Source: Candidatus Iainarchaeum sp. (lineage in GTDB: Archaea; Iainarchaeota; Iainarchaeia; JAFGOX01). Taken from it: a DNA stretch of 35,191 nucleotides. The first letter of the stretch is position 1. Each line of letters starts with the position of its first letter. Shown piece after piece: positions 8,451 through 19,000 of the stretch. The stretch covers positions 1 to 35,191 of the forward strand of contig JAFGOX010000041.1 in assembly GCA_016926295.1 (NCBI GenBank). Direction: 5' to 3'. A program made the translations under genes and the position numbers. The notes beneath the pieces were generated by a model. It searched no databases. It was not told the DNA's origin and saw only the letters and a program-made list of their open reading frames with translations.

Positions 8451-10166
8451 ATGTACGCTGCTAAAAAGAAAATGCCGTTGTCCTTCAAGCACTTGCTTAT
8501 AGTTTTTGGACTTTCTATTTCAATAACTGTGGGAATAATCGCATTGCAGCTCATACTTAATATTAATATGCCCCCTATTCCAAAAATGGCAATAGGTTCG
8601 CCAAGGCTAGCAGAGGCAGAGCTTAAGTTCAGCGCAGCAGATTCTTTTGACCCTGACGGGAAAATAGTCGAGCATTTTTGGAATTTCGGCGATGGACTGG
8701 GCGCCAAAGGAAAGGATGTGACACACACTTATCTATCTGAAGGAACATACAATCTGACATTAACTGTAAGAGATGATGATGGCGGCGATGCATCACTAAG
8801 CCATGACCTTGTTATCATGCCAAGAAACATGCCCCCTGTAATTAGCGTTAATTATTCACAATCTTTCTTTACAATGACTCACCAGACTTTCGACGCAAGC
8901 GCATCAACTGATGAAGGGGCAATAGTAAGCTATTCATGGAATTTCGGAGATGGCGAAATCCTCACAGGGCCTGTTGTTACAAAAACATGGTACAAACCAG
9001 GAAATTACCAAGTGATACTGGATATTGTTGATAATTACGGAGCAACTGCAACACAAATTTTTGATATCTCTGTTGTAAATTCCCCACCAACGATTAATTT
9101 GAAAATAAGTAAAATAACTGCAGAGGCAAATGACCCTATAGATTTCGATGCATCAGACTCAACTGACAGAGAAGGGACTGTAGAGGGATACCTTTGGGAT
9201 TTCGGGGACGGAACAACTGCAACCGAACCAAAAGTAACGCACAAGTTCAGTCAGCCCGGAGAGTATAATGTAAACTTTACTGCAACAGACAATGACGGGG
9301 TAATTGAAACAAAACTAACAAAAATAAACATAATCGGAAATTACTGGCCGACTGCTGAGGCCGGAGAATCCTTCTCTGTAAGGGTTTTCAGCAATTTTGT
9401 TTTTGACGGAACCGGCGCGGATGCAGACGGGAAAATAGTTTTATATGAATGGGATGTTGAAAGCGACGGAATATACGACCTTAAATCAGAAAATACAGGA
9501 AGTTTGCAATACAGATACAATGAAACAGGAACATACACTGCAACATTAAGGGTTACTGATGATGAAGGCGCAACAGGAACTGACACAGTGACTGTGACAG
9601 TAAGGGACCAGAACAAAGCACCTACTGCGATGATGACCGTAGGAAACCAAAAAATAAAAGTAAACACAGACATAACATTCGACGCAACCCCTTCCTCTGA
9701 CTCTGACGGACAAATAGCAAGGTATGAATGGAACTTCGGGGACGGGTTCAAGTCCGATAAAAAAGTGGTAAAGCACCAGTATCCAAGTGATGGAAAATAC
9801 ACAGTAATATTAACTGTGGAAGACAATGAAGCCGCCAGAAACTCAATTTCAAAATACGTGATTGTTTACACTACTGCAAAAGACGAGGATGACTGGGTAA
9901 AACCCGTACCAGTAATAAGCTACAGGAAACTGGACTCACTGGTTTTTGAATTCTCAGACAACTCTTACGACCCTGACGGATACATAGCAAACAGAAAATG
10001 GGATTTCAATGGGGATGGAACCTTTGACGTCGACACAAACGAATGGGTTACCCCGATAAAAAAACAGTACACTTACGAAAAGGCCGGCAGCTATCTGGTC
10101 AAGCTCCTGGTAACTGATGATGACGGGGCTACAAAGTACCAGACGCAGTACATCTGGGTCGACTGA
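8451..10166 (+). CDS. membrane-anchored surface protein with six PKD domains
   Basis: N-terminal TM helix. Six repeats of F....S.D.DG.I..Y.W(N/D)FGDG...H.Y...G.Y.V.LTV.D.DG. Confidence 0.92.
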   Translation: MYAAKKKMPLSFKHLLIVFGLSISITVGIIALQLILNINMPPIPKMAIGSPRLAEAELKFSAADSFDPDGKIVEHFWNFGDGLGAKGKDVTHTYLSEGTYNLTLTVRDDDGGDASLSHDLVIMPRNMPPVISVNYSQSFFTMTHQTFDASASTDEGAIVSYSWNFGDGEILTGPVVTKTWYKPGNYQVILDIVDNYGATATQIFDISVVNSPPTINLKISKITAEANDPIDFDASDSTDREGTVEGYLWDFGDGTTATEPKVTHKFSQPGEYNVNFTATDNDGVIETKLTKINIIGNYWPTAEAGESFSVRVFSNFVFDGTGADADGKIVLYEWDVESDGIYDLKSENTGSLQYRYNETGTYTATLRVTDDEGATGTDTVTVTVRDQNKAPTAMMTVGNQKIKVNTDITFDATPSSDSDGQIARYEWNFGDGFKSDKKVVKHQYPSDGKYTVILTVEDNEAARNSISKYVIVYTTAKDEDDWVKPVPVISYRKLDSLVFEFSDNSYDPDGYIANRKWDFNGDGTFDVDTNEWVTPIKKQYTYEKAGSYLVKLLVTDDDGATKYQTQYIWVD

Positions 10167-10247
10167 AAGCTATTTAAAGCTAATTATGCATAGTATTTGT
10201 ATCTTATTGGCCGTTTTGACTATCTTAGGATAGGAGGTCGCGATAGA

Positions 10248-10898
10248 ATGGTAAAGAAAGAAGAAATTGCACAGGCAATAGTCAAAGCTAAGGAATCGGA
10301 AAAGAAACGCAAATTTTCCCAAAGCGTAGATTTGATTGTAAACCTGAGAAAAATGGAATTCAAAGATCCTAGCAAAAGGTTCAACCTAGAGTTAACCCTG
10401 CCAAAAGGCCTTGGAAAAAATAAAAAAGGCGCTTTGTTCGCAAAGAGAATCATGGCAGACGAGGCAGCAGGAAAAATCGACAAAATCATAAGGGAAGAAG
10501 AGCTTGAAAAGCTTTCAAAGAAGGAAATAAAGAAACTTGCAGAAGAATACGATTTCTTCCTTGCAGATGTTACCCTGATGACAGTAATTGGTAAGAAAAT
10601 GGGTACAATCCTTGGTCCAAGGAGAAAAATGCCAAAACCACTACCTGATGTTAAAGCATTGCCAGTAATCTTGCCAAAATTAAAAAATACAGTTTTAATC
10701 TCAAATATAAGAAACGGAGAATTGGTATTGCATGCAAGCATTGGAACAGAAGCAATGTCTGATGAAGACCTTGTTACAAATGCAATGACAATACTAAATG
10801 CAATAATCGCAAAAATCCCAAGTGAAAAAGAAAACATCAGATCAATGATTATAAAAACAACAATGGGCAAACCAGTCAAGATTGAGGTGGCAGCATGA
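10248..10898 (+). CDS. rpl1: 50S ribosomal protein uL1
   Basis: RKF.QSVDL.VNL, LP.G.GK, G.ILGPR.KMP.P, IKTTMG. ATG at 10248 follows a GGAGGT SD. Confidence 0.96.
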   Translation: MVKKEEIAQAIVKAKESEKKRKFSQSVDLIVNLRKMEFKDPSKRFNLELTLPKGLGKNKKGALFAKRIMADEAAGKIDKIIREEELEKLSKKEIKKLAEEYDFFLADVTLMTVIGKKMGTILGPRRKMPKPLPDVKALPVILPKLKNTVLISNIRNGELVLHASIGTEAMSDEDLVTNAMTILNAIIAKIPSEKENIRSMIIKTTMGKPVKIEVAA

Positions 10899-11956
10899 GC
10901 GCAGGAAAATTGAAAACCAAAAGTTTTCAAAATTCAACGCCCGGCGTTGAAGAATTCAGGAAAGGCGCTGAAAAGCCAGCTGCATGGAAAGCAGAGGCAG
11001 TAAGTGAGCTTGCAAATCTATTAGGCAGCTACAATACTGTTGCCCTTGCAAACATTAGTGGCCTACCTGCCGCACAACTTCAGACAATCAGAAAAGGTCT
11101 TCACAAAGACGTCAAAATTATCATGACCCGAAGAAGCCTTCTTAAAAGAAGCCTTGAAATAGTGAAAAAGAAAAACCTTGAGAAATTAAGCGACAATATT
11201 AACGGACCGTTTGTATTACTTTTATCAAACAACAATCCATTTGAATTATACAACACAGTAAACAAGAAAAAATCAAAAGCACCGGCAAAAGCAGGAATGA
11301 TTGCACCAAACGATATTGTTGTTAAGGAAATGGACACAGGAATTCCACCAGGGCCTGCACTGACAGATTTGAAAGTTGCAGGACTTGATGTAGCTCCGAT
11401 AGGCGGAACTATCAAAGTAAAGAAAGATTGCACTCTAACAAAGGCCGGAGAAGAAATTAACAGCGCAGTTGCAAATGCACTGGGAAAACTTGGCCTTAAA
11501 CCAATGGAAATTGGTATCAATATAGCCGCAATTTGGGAAAAGGAAATGGTTTACAGCGCAGATGTGTTACGCATAGACGAGGACGAAGTAAGAGCAAAAT
11601 ACAGCACTGCGGCGATGAATGCATTCAACTTGGCTTTCAGCATTGGCTACTTCACAACAGACAACATCAAGTTGTTCATACAAAAAGCAGCAAGGGAAGC
11701 AAAATCACTGGCAAGAGAGGCAAACATACTAACATCAGAAACAGTGGGCGAAGTTCTTGCAAAAGCAGACATGCAGGCAAAAGCAATTTCTGCAAAATTA
11801 GGGGATTACGCTTCAAAAGCCGTTGAAGAATCTTCAGAGCAAAGCACTGAAGAAAAACAACCAGAGGTTGTTGAAAAGAAACCAGAAGAAACTCCTGCTG
11901 AACCTTCCGCAGAAGAACCAAAAGAAGAAGCACCAGAAGGAGAAAAAACTGAATAA
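10895..11956 (+). CDS. rpl10: 50S ribosomal protein uL10 (aP0)
   Basis: WK...V..L, QLQ.IR, NPF.L, APAK.G.IAP.DI, TG..PGP, LG.LG.KP, three aP1-binding helices, acidic tail. Confidence 0.96.
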   Translation: MSAGKLKTKSFQNSTPGVEEFRKGAEKPAAWKAEAVSELANLLGSYNTVALANISGLPAAQLQTIRKGLHKDVKIIMTRRSLLKRSLEIVKKKNLEKLSDNINGPFVLLLSNNNPFELYNTVNKKKSKAPAKAGMIAPNDIVVKEMDTGIPPGPALTDLKVAGLDVAPIGGTIKVKKDCTLTKAGEEINSAVANALGKLGLKPMEIGINIAAIWEKEMVYSADVLRIDEDEVRAKYSTAAMNAFNLAFSIGYFTTDNIKLFIQKAAREAKSLAREANILTSETVGEVLAKADMQAKAISAKLGDYASKAVEESSEQSTEEKQPEVVEKKPEETPAEPSAEEPKEEAPEGEKTE

Positions 11957-11988
11957 AAATTAAGAAATATTCACTAGGAGGTAATAGA

Positions 11989-12294
11989 ATGGAATACGTA
12001 TACGCAAGCATGTTGTTACACAGCGCAGGTCAGGAAATAAACGAAGCAAATGTAAAGAAAGTTCTTGACGCAGCCGGCGTTAAAGCAGACGACGGAAGAG
12101 TAAAAGCACTTATCGCTTCCTTAAAAGACGTAAATATCGAAGAAGCAATCAAATCCGCAGCAGTTCCAGTAGCCGCAGCAGCACCCACAGCACCAGCAGC
12201 TGGTGGAGCAAAGAAGGAAGAGAAGAAAGAGGAAGAAGATGGTGCCAAGGCAGAAGAAAGCGCAGCAGCAGGTCTTGGAGCATTATTCGGTTAA
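11989..12294 (+). CDS. rpl12: 50S ribosomal stalk protein aP1 (L12)
   Basis: MEYVYA..LLH..G, Ala-rich hinge, C-terminal [10 protein letters not shown]. Confidence 0.98.
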   Translation: MEYVYASMLLHSAGQEINEANVKKVLDAAGVKADDGRVKALIASLKDVNIEEAIKSAAVPVAAAAPTAPAAGGAKKEEKKEEEDGAKAEESAAAGLGALFG

Positions 12295-12335
12295 GCCCTT
12301 ACTTCCTTTACTTTTTTTGTTTTAGGTAAGGGCTT
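12293..12335 (+). terminator. 10-bp inverted repeat enclosing an oligo-T tract after rpl12
   Basis: AAGCCCTTAC (12293-12302) / GTAAGGGCTT (12326-12335), with T7 in the loop. Confidence 0.6.
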
Positions 12336-12372
12336 CGAAAACCTTTTTATATAGAGCCATTTATATCTCTAC

Positions 12373-12654
12373 ATGGCAAAGAAAACTGTTTCAAAGAGAA
12401 CTGTATCTGAGAGTTCAGAAAAAAAACAGACTAAACTTTTAATCAAATACTTGAACTTTTGGGGAACTGAAATCTCATATTTGGCATTAATTTTCCTGGC
12501 TCTTTTCTCATTGCTGATAATCGGCGCAATGGGTTACCAACTAGATGAAACAAGCCGCTATCTTATTTACACAATAATCGCAATGGGATTCATTCTAGTT
12601 CTAACCGCACAATACAAAAGAAAGAGTCTGGAACGCGAACTGGAAAAGCTTTAG
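12373..12654 (+). CDS. small two-TM membrane protein
   Basis: Two hydrophobic helices. BRE/TATA-like GAAAACCTTTTTATA about 25 nt upstream. Confidence 0.75.
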   Translation: MAKKTVSKRTVSESSEKKQTKLLIKYLNFWGTEISYLALIFLALFSLLIIGAMGYQLDETSRYLIYTIIAMGFILVLTAQYKRKSLERELEKL

Positions 12655-12663
12655 GGTGAGCTA

Positions 12664-14808
12664 TTGCAGATAAAATGGGCAGTCCTCATATTTTTTCTAA
12701 TTATCACACTAGCTAATTTCGCTAGTGCTATCAGCATAATTCTTCCTGCTGTAACAAAGGATGAGGTCGGACTGACAACCACTTTAAACGTAGGTATAAC
12801 TGCAGGAAATGGGCGTGTTTTCATGGCAACAAGCCCCCTAATCAGCACAAATACCCAGAAATCTGCAAGAGATGCTGTGGATGCAGCAGAAATCTACCTT
12901 AAAGAGGACCTAAGCCGGTATGATGTGCTGTTTAGCATAGATTCAGTAGCTACACAAGTAGACGGCCCTTCTGCGGGGGCGGCAATGGCCTTAGGAGTTA
13001 TTGCAGAGATGCAGAAAAGGAATATCCCCTCATCAGTAAGCCTTACTGGGACAATAAACAAAGAGGGTGAAATAGGGTATGTTGGCGGTGTGTTTGAAAA
13101 AGCATTGGCCGCGCATGAAATAGGAGTAAGTCTTTTCATAATTCCAAAAGGGGAGGCAATGCAAACTGCCCTTGTAGAGGAAACGCATGAGGTAACTCCA
13201 GGGCAATATACAACAACCCCTGTAAGCAAAGAAGTTGACCTAAGAGAATATGGCCCAAAAAACTGGAATATGATAATTGTCGAGGCAAGCACAATAAAAG
13301 ATGTTGTCCAGTATGCTTTTGCAACAGACATTAACACCGTTGTAATAAGCGAAGAAGATGACTATCCTGAATTCGATGCAAACCCTCTGCCTTTAACTCC
13401 CCGATTAGAAGGTTTCAAAACTTTTGTAATAAATTTCCTTCAAAGATGCCAGACAAATGTCAGCAACGCAAATTCCGCACTGGCACAAACAACAATCACC
13501 GACCAGTCGGTTATAAAAATAATCGGCAGCGAAATAGGGCGCGCACAGGACATGATTGACCAGGCAAACACGCTTATTGACAAAAACTACCTTTACACTG
13601 CAGCAAACTACGCATTCCTAGCATCAAACTCAGCCAATCTCGCGAAAGAGATTTTAGAGCATCCTTCAGCAATAATAGCAGGCTCCGAATATTACAAAGA
13701 GCTAAAAAACCAAAACCGTGCAAATTTGAATCTGACAATGGCATCATTATCAAACATAAAAATAACGCGTAATAATGTTGACTGGATTGTCTCAGCAAAG
13801 CAAAGGGCGCTTTGGGCAAAGGCAGAACTCGACGCATTGGATTTCATAGTAAGCGTGCAGAGCACCGAAGAGGTAAGCGGCTTGGACAATCTAAGAAGTG
13901 TGATAAGTGCGCAGGAATGGATAAGCACTGCCGACGAAATGATAGAAATCGCCAAAACAAAGGGCGGGGATGTTCTGGACATATCAAATCTAAAATATCT
14001 GTCAAATAACAAGACTATCGAACTTGAGGACTTAATCTCAACCACAACAATATCTGCCGACAATCAGGAATTGTTCAGCAGGTATTTTAATAGTGCAAAA
14101 GAGGCAAACACAAACGGATGGTACCTAACATCAATATACTCTTCGGCAGTTGCAAAAGGAATAATTGAGAGCCAGCAGATAACCGACAGAATAGTCTCAT
14201 CAACTGTCGACACAACTCAGCTTTTATCAGTACTGGAAAGCGACCTAAAGAACATGGAGGGAAGTGTTGAAAGCGCGCCGGCGCAGTTTGCAGAACTGTT
14301 CTGGCAGCACGCAAACTATTACAAGGATGCGGCAATATACCACAAAGAGCACCAGAAAAGCGACAAGGCCGAATCCGAGTTAAGCACAGGAATACTTCTC
14401 ATGTTCACATCAAAAAAATTAACAGATTATTCTAATGAAGCATACTCGCAAATAATATTCACAGAAGAAATTATCGAGGAAGAAACAGGCAGAATCTTGA
14501 TAAAATCAACGCCCAGCCTAATTGAAACTCTGCTTGCAATAACTGTGATACTTGGAATACTTGCAATAACAAGCATAACCTTAATCAAGACAAAATCGCA
14601 CTTTACAAAGGAACTACAAGCAATTGAGGAACCTGCACCCCAATATCCTGCAAACAGAGACGTTTCGCTTGATATAAAAACGTATGAGATTGCATTAAAG
14701 CATGCGAGAGAAGATTACCACAATAAGAAAATAAGCAAAATAAAATATGACAAACTATCAACGGCCTATGAAAACAAATTAAAAGAGCTTAGAAAGGAAA
14801 GAAGATAA
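12664..14808 (+). CDS. secreted, C-terminally anchored S16 (Lon-like, ATPase-less) serine protease
   Basis: Signal peptide, G.GRVF, VDGPSAG (catalytic Ser), TGTI...G.IG.VGGV.EK (catalytic Lys), long helical region, C-terminal TM. TTG start follows GGTGA. Confidence 0.9.
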   Translation: MQIKWAVLIFFLIITLANFASAISIILPAVTKDEVGLTTTLNVGITAGNGRVFMATSPLISTNTQKSARDAVDAAEIYLKEDLSRYDVLFSIDSVATQVDGPSAGAAMALGVIAEMQKRNIPSSVSLTGTINKEGEIGYVGGVFEKALAAHEIGVSLFIIPKGEAMQTALVEETHEVTPGQYTTTPVSKEVDLREYGPKNWNMIIVEASTIKDVVQYAFATDINTVVISEEDDYPEFDANPLPLTPRLEGFKTFVINFLQRCQTNVSNANSALAQTTITDQSVIKIIGSEIGRAQDMIDQANTLIDKNYLYTAANYAFLASNSANLAKEILEHPSAIIAGSEYYKELKNQNRANLNLTMASLSNIKITRNNVDWIVSAKQRALWAKAELDALDFIVSVQSTEEVSGLDNLRSVISAQEWISTADEMIEIAKTKGGDVLDISNLKYLSNNKTIELEDLISTTTISADNQELFSRYFNSAKEANTNGWYLTSIYSSAVAKGIIESQQITDRIVSSTVDTTQLLSVLESDLKNMEGSVESAPAQFAELFWQHANYYKDAAIYHKEHQKSDKAESELSTGILLMFTSKKLTDYSNEAYSQIIFTEEIIEEETGRILIKSTPSLIETLLAITVILGILAITSITLIKTKSHFTKELQAIEEPAPQYPANRDVSLDIKTYEIALKHAREDYHNKKISKIKYDKLSTAYENKLKELRKERR

Positions 14809-14810
14809 TC

Positions 14811-16049
14811 TTATTCTTCTTCCTCAGCAAGCTTAACTTCCTTTATTCCTTCTTTAGCCACATTCTTTACCTTAGGTCTTTGCCTGCTTACCACAAATAC
14901 GCCAACCGTACTTATTATCGCTGTGCTAAGTATTACTGTGAAAACAACATCTGCAAACCATGCGGTTCCTGCAAGGCCCATTGAGAATGGCAATGAAGCA
15001 AGAACAGCAGCCGCCAAACCCCTTGGCACCATAACGGTCATTACTTTGATGTCCAGTTGCTTTCCGTATGATGCAACCTTTGCTGCCAGTGGCCTAAGCG
15101 CCAAAATTCCTGCAGATATTACAATACCCATAAGCAAATAATAAAATTCCCCGATTGTAACAAGGATTCCCATGTAAACAAAGAAGAAAGTCCTGATAAA
15201 GAAAGTGACCAATGAGTGGAAGTTCTTTGTTGTCTCATCTAATCCGAATTCAACTTTCTGGTATTTCAGCATTGTTGATATCGCCTTTCCATTACCCAGA
15301 ACCAGACCGAACATAAGGCATGCAAATGCTCCGCTACCGCCTAATGCCTCTGCGCAGGCGTAGATAAGGAAAAGCATTGAGAATGTAACAACGTAAGCAT
15401 ACTGCTCGCGTATAAGGTGCCTTAAAGCGGGGAGCCACGCAAGACCTACCACTAGGCCCAGCATTGCACCAATAGAGAATGCGCCAGCAACTGACTTTGC
15501 GGCATCAAAGGGCGCCATTCCGGTAATAACCGTCTGTATAATTGCAATCGTGACAACAATACAAAGCACGTCGGTAACTGCTGACTCTATGCTAAGCACA
15601 ATTTTAGTATCATCTCCTACACCCGGTATCCTTGCAACTAACGGAATAACAATCGGAGAGCTAACTCCGCCAACAATTGCTCCAAGAAGAACACCATTAA
15701 GGACTGATTCTCCACTTGCTACAACTACAACCGCAGTAACAAGCAAAGACATTAAGAATGCGCACAAAGCCAAAAGAGTTCCACGCGGCGCCTCACGAAT
15801 AACCTTGTAAAGGTTCATATTAAGTCCGCCATCAAACAGAATAATTATAATAGCCACGGCCGCAAACATCTCTGAAACCTGCATGAACAAAGACGGGTCA
15901 ACAACGTTAAACAGAGGCCCCAAAGCCAAACCAAAAAAAAGCAACCAAATTACGTTTGGTATTGCGGTTCTTTTGAAAATGTACTCGCCAAAGAAGCCTA
16001 ATAGCATTACGGCTCCAATCAACACAAGAGGTATTATAACATCTGCCAT
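14811..16049 (-). CDS. cation:proton antiporter (NhaP/CPA1)
   Basis: About 13 TM helices, ILFDGGL, ES...D, PRGLAAAVLA. Confidence 0.92.
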   Translation of the reverse strand: MADVIIPLVLIGAVMLLGFFGEYIFKRTAIPNVIWLLFFGLALGPLFNVVDPSLFMQVSEMFAAVAIIIILFDGGLNMNLYKVIREAPRGTLLALCAFLMSLLVTAVVVVASGESVLNGVLLGAIVGGVSSPIVIPLVARIPGVGDDTKIVLSIESAVTDVLCIVVTIAIIQTVITGMAPFDAAKSVAGAFSIGAMLGLVVGLAWLPALRHLIREQYAYVVTFSMLFLIYACAEALGGSGAFACLMFGLVLGNGKAISTMLKYQKVEFGLDETTKNFHSLVTFFIRTFFFVYMGILVTIGEFYYLLMGIVISAGILALRPLAAKVASYGKQLDIKVMTVMVPRGLAAAVLASLPFSMGLAGTAWFADVVFTVILSTAIISTVGVFVVSRQRPKVKNVAKEGIKEVKLAEEEE

Positions 16050-16099
16050 TTAATCCCTACTAGATTAGTTGCTGGGCTTTTTAATAGTTTCGCATGGGA

Positions 16100-19000
16100 T
16101 TATTCTTCTATTTTAATCGTTTCATCTGTAATCGGCTTCTGAACATCCTTGCCTGAAAGCTTTAATCCGACTACAGAAGAGCCATCTGCACCCCTGGCCA
16201 CACCAATTACCTGGTCCACAGCCCTGATTACTATGTCATTGTGGCTGATAATCACAAACTGTGAAATGTTTGCATAGTTTTTCAGCAGACCGCCAAGTTT
16301 GTTTGCATTAACTGCATCTAAAGCCGCATCGGCCTCATCCAAAATATAAAACGGCGCAGGTTTGTGCTGCTGTATTGCAAACAGGAAAGCCAAGGAAGTG
16401 AGTGTTTTCTCACCGCCACTCAACGCGTCTATATTCCTGAGCATTGCCCTGCCTTTTGGAGCCGCCTCAATAAGCAGACCTGAATTGAACAGGTCTTCCT
16501 CATTGTCAATCTTAAGCGTTCCTTTGCCTTCAGTAAGCTGCGGATAAACAGTCTCAAAGTTCACTCTGATTGAATCGAATGTTTCTCTAAAGGCTTTTTC
16601 CCTCTTAGAATCAATCTTTGATATCATATCGAGAACTACTTCTCTCTCGCGTCTCAAAATGTCAATCTTTTCCTCAATCTCATTAATCTTCTGAAGATAC
16701 TCATCGTAAAGAGTAAGGGCGCGCATATTGACTGCGCCAAGAGCTTCGATTTTTGCTTCAAGCTCCGGAAGCTGCCTCATTAGGTCACTAACCGAATCCT
16801 TGAGCGGCTCAACGCCAACATATTGCTTGAATTCCTCTTTCAAATCTGCCAGCTTTGTCTCGACTTTTGCCATGTTGATTCTGGCCTCATTAACAGACGA
16901 TTCTATTCCGCTTATTCGGCCAAGATGCTTGCCTTTTGACATTCCCAGCTCTTCAAGCTTCTTGTCAACCGCATCTTTTCTTTCCAATAAAGTTTCAAGG
17001 CTCTTTGAAGTCTTCCTTAATTCAATCTCTTTCTTTTCAAGCTCTTTTGAAAGGATTGTGATACTGTTATTCGAAACCTTTATTTCATTGTCAAATGAAT
17101 CTGTTTCTTTTGAAATATTTTCAATCTGCGCAACAGTTTCTTTCTTTCTGATTTCAAGACCCTGCTCAATTTCAGTCTTAAGTCTCTGAACACCTACAGT
17201 CTGGGTTGACATCGACTCTTTCAATGCATCTATCTGCTTGCTCAAGTCGTCTATCTCCAGTCTGCTTTTGCTTGCACGAGATTTTGCAACCAGGGTTTCT
17301 ATCTCTTTCTTCTCAGTTTCCAGTTGGCTTATCTTTGTCAATAGTTTCTCTGATTCTTTCTTCTTAAGCTTAACATGTGATTCAATATCCTTAACAGAAA
17401 CAAGCAATCCCTTCTGCGTATCCCCTAGTTGCTCAGAAAGTATGTTTCTTTCTTTCTCAACTTCCTTGATTTTTCCCTCAATCTCTGCGCGCTTTTCCCT
17501 TAGCTCGTTTGACTCTATTCTCACGCGCTCGATATCGCTTAAGGCATTGCGCTTCATTGCCTCGACATCCATAACCTGCTGTTCAAGCTCCTTGACCCTT
17601 TTAACATCCTTAATCGTAAGCGTCTTCTTGTTCCTTGAACCACCAAGCATTACTCCGGAGGATTCTGATATATCGCCATCTTCGGTAACCATTCTTATTT
17701 TTCCGACGCCAACCTTTCTCGCACTCTCAATTTTGTCAATAACAAGTGTGTCTCCAAAAATATACTCAAATGCAGGCCTGAAAGATTCTCTGAAATCAAC
17801 CAGATTTATGGCAAAGTCAATTGCACCGGCATTCTTTGCAAGCGGTTTCACTTCTGCAGTAATGGCCCGCCCTCTGATTTTATTGAGCGGGATAAAGGCA
17901 ACCCTTCCAAGATTCTTCTTCTTTAGATAATTAATACAATCTGTTGCGGTCTTATCGTCATCCACCACAACATAAAACATCTTCGAGCCGATTGCAGTCT
18001 CGATTGCAACAGCATTATTATCAGAGTACTTGCACAAATCAGCGACAGTGCCGTATATTCCTGAAATTTCACTTTTCTTTTTTGCCTCAATAAGGGCGTC
18101 AACTCCGGGTGGCTGCATAAGTCCTGCTGATTTCAAGGTTGAAAGCGTTGTTTTAAGCGAAACATAATCCTCTCTTATTGCCTTAAGCTCGTTCTCAACT
18201 GTTTCAAATTTCTTGTTTACTCTTTTCTCTTCCTCAAAATATGATGATATGCTTCTGTTAACGGAGTCAAGTTCGTTCTTGTAGGATGCAAGCTCTTCTT
18301 CAATTGCATCATATCTTGACTGGGCTTTTTTGATTGCCTCTTCTGCGCCCTGAGACTGCTCCTTCTTTATTTCAATTTCCCTTGTGTATGCGTCAATCGC
18401 GGCTTTTAATAAATAGAACTGCTCTTTCAGTCCGTCAATCTCTATTGACTTCTTCCTGAGCTGTGACTCGTGTTCGTAAGCGGACTCGTCCTCTTGCTTG
18501 TATTTCTCAAGTAATTCAGTCTGCTTGTCTCGGAGGTCCTTTAATTTCTTAAGTTCTGGGGCATTCTTCTCTTCCAGTGCTTTCAGCTCATTCTCCTTCT
18601 GGGTAATTTCAGATTCAATATTTGACTGCCTTTCGCGCAACTCCTGAATCGCCTGTGTATTTTTGCTAATCTGCTCTTTTCTTGACTTTGTCTTTTCCTT
18701 GTTAAGCTCAATATCGGTTCTTAATTTTTCCATGTCCTGCGCAAGCTTTGTCTGACCTGCCCCACCAGATTCAAGGATTTCCTTGTTCAGGTCCTTGAGT
18801 TTTTTGTCCCATGTCGATATCTCCGCATCAAGTTCCTCAATCTTTTCCTTTGCCTCTTTTATTTTTGTATCGCTGCTCTCAAGCAGTTTCCTGTTGTGCT
18901 CAAAGTCTTTTTCATATCTCTGTATTTCAGAGCCAAGGACTGTTGATTTTATTCTTTTTACCTTTGTATTGAGTTCCTGGAATCTTTCAGCATCCTCTTT

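Noticed and set aside
10117-10166. ATGATGA...CTGA at the end of the PKD gene
   Set aside because: Arises from Asp-Asp-Asp codons and the stop codon; no internal C'/D' boxes
14811-16100. No scpA next to smc, and no rps27e/aIF2-alpha after rpl44e
   Set aside because: Operon fragmentation is common in such genomes, and absence cannot be judged from one window
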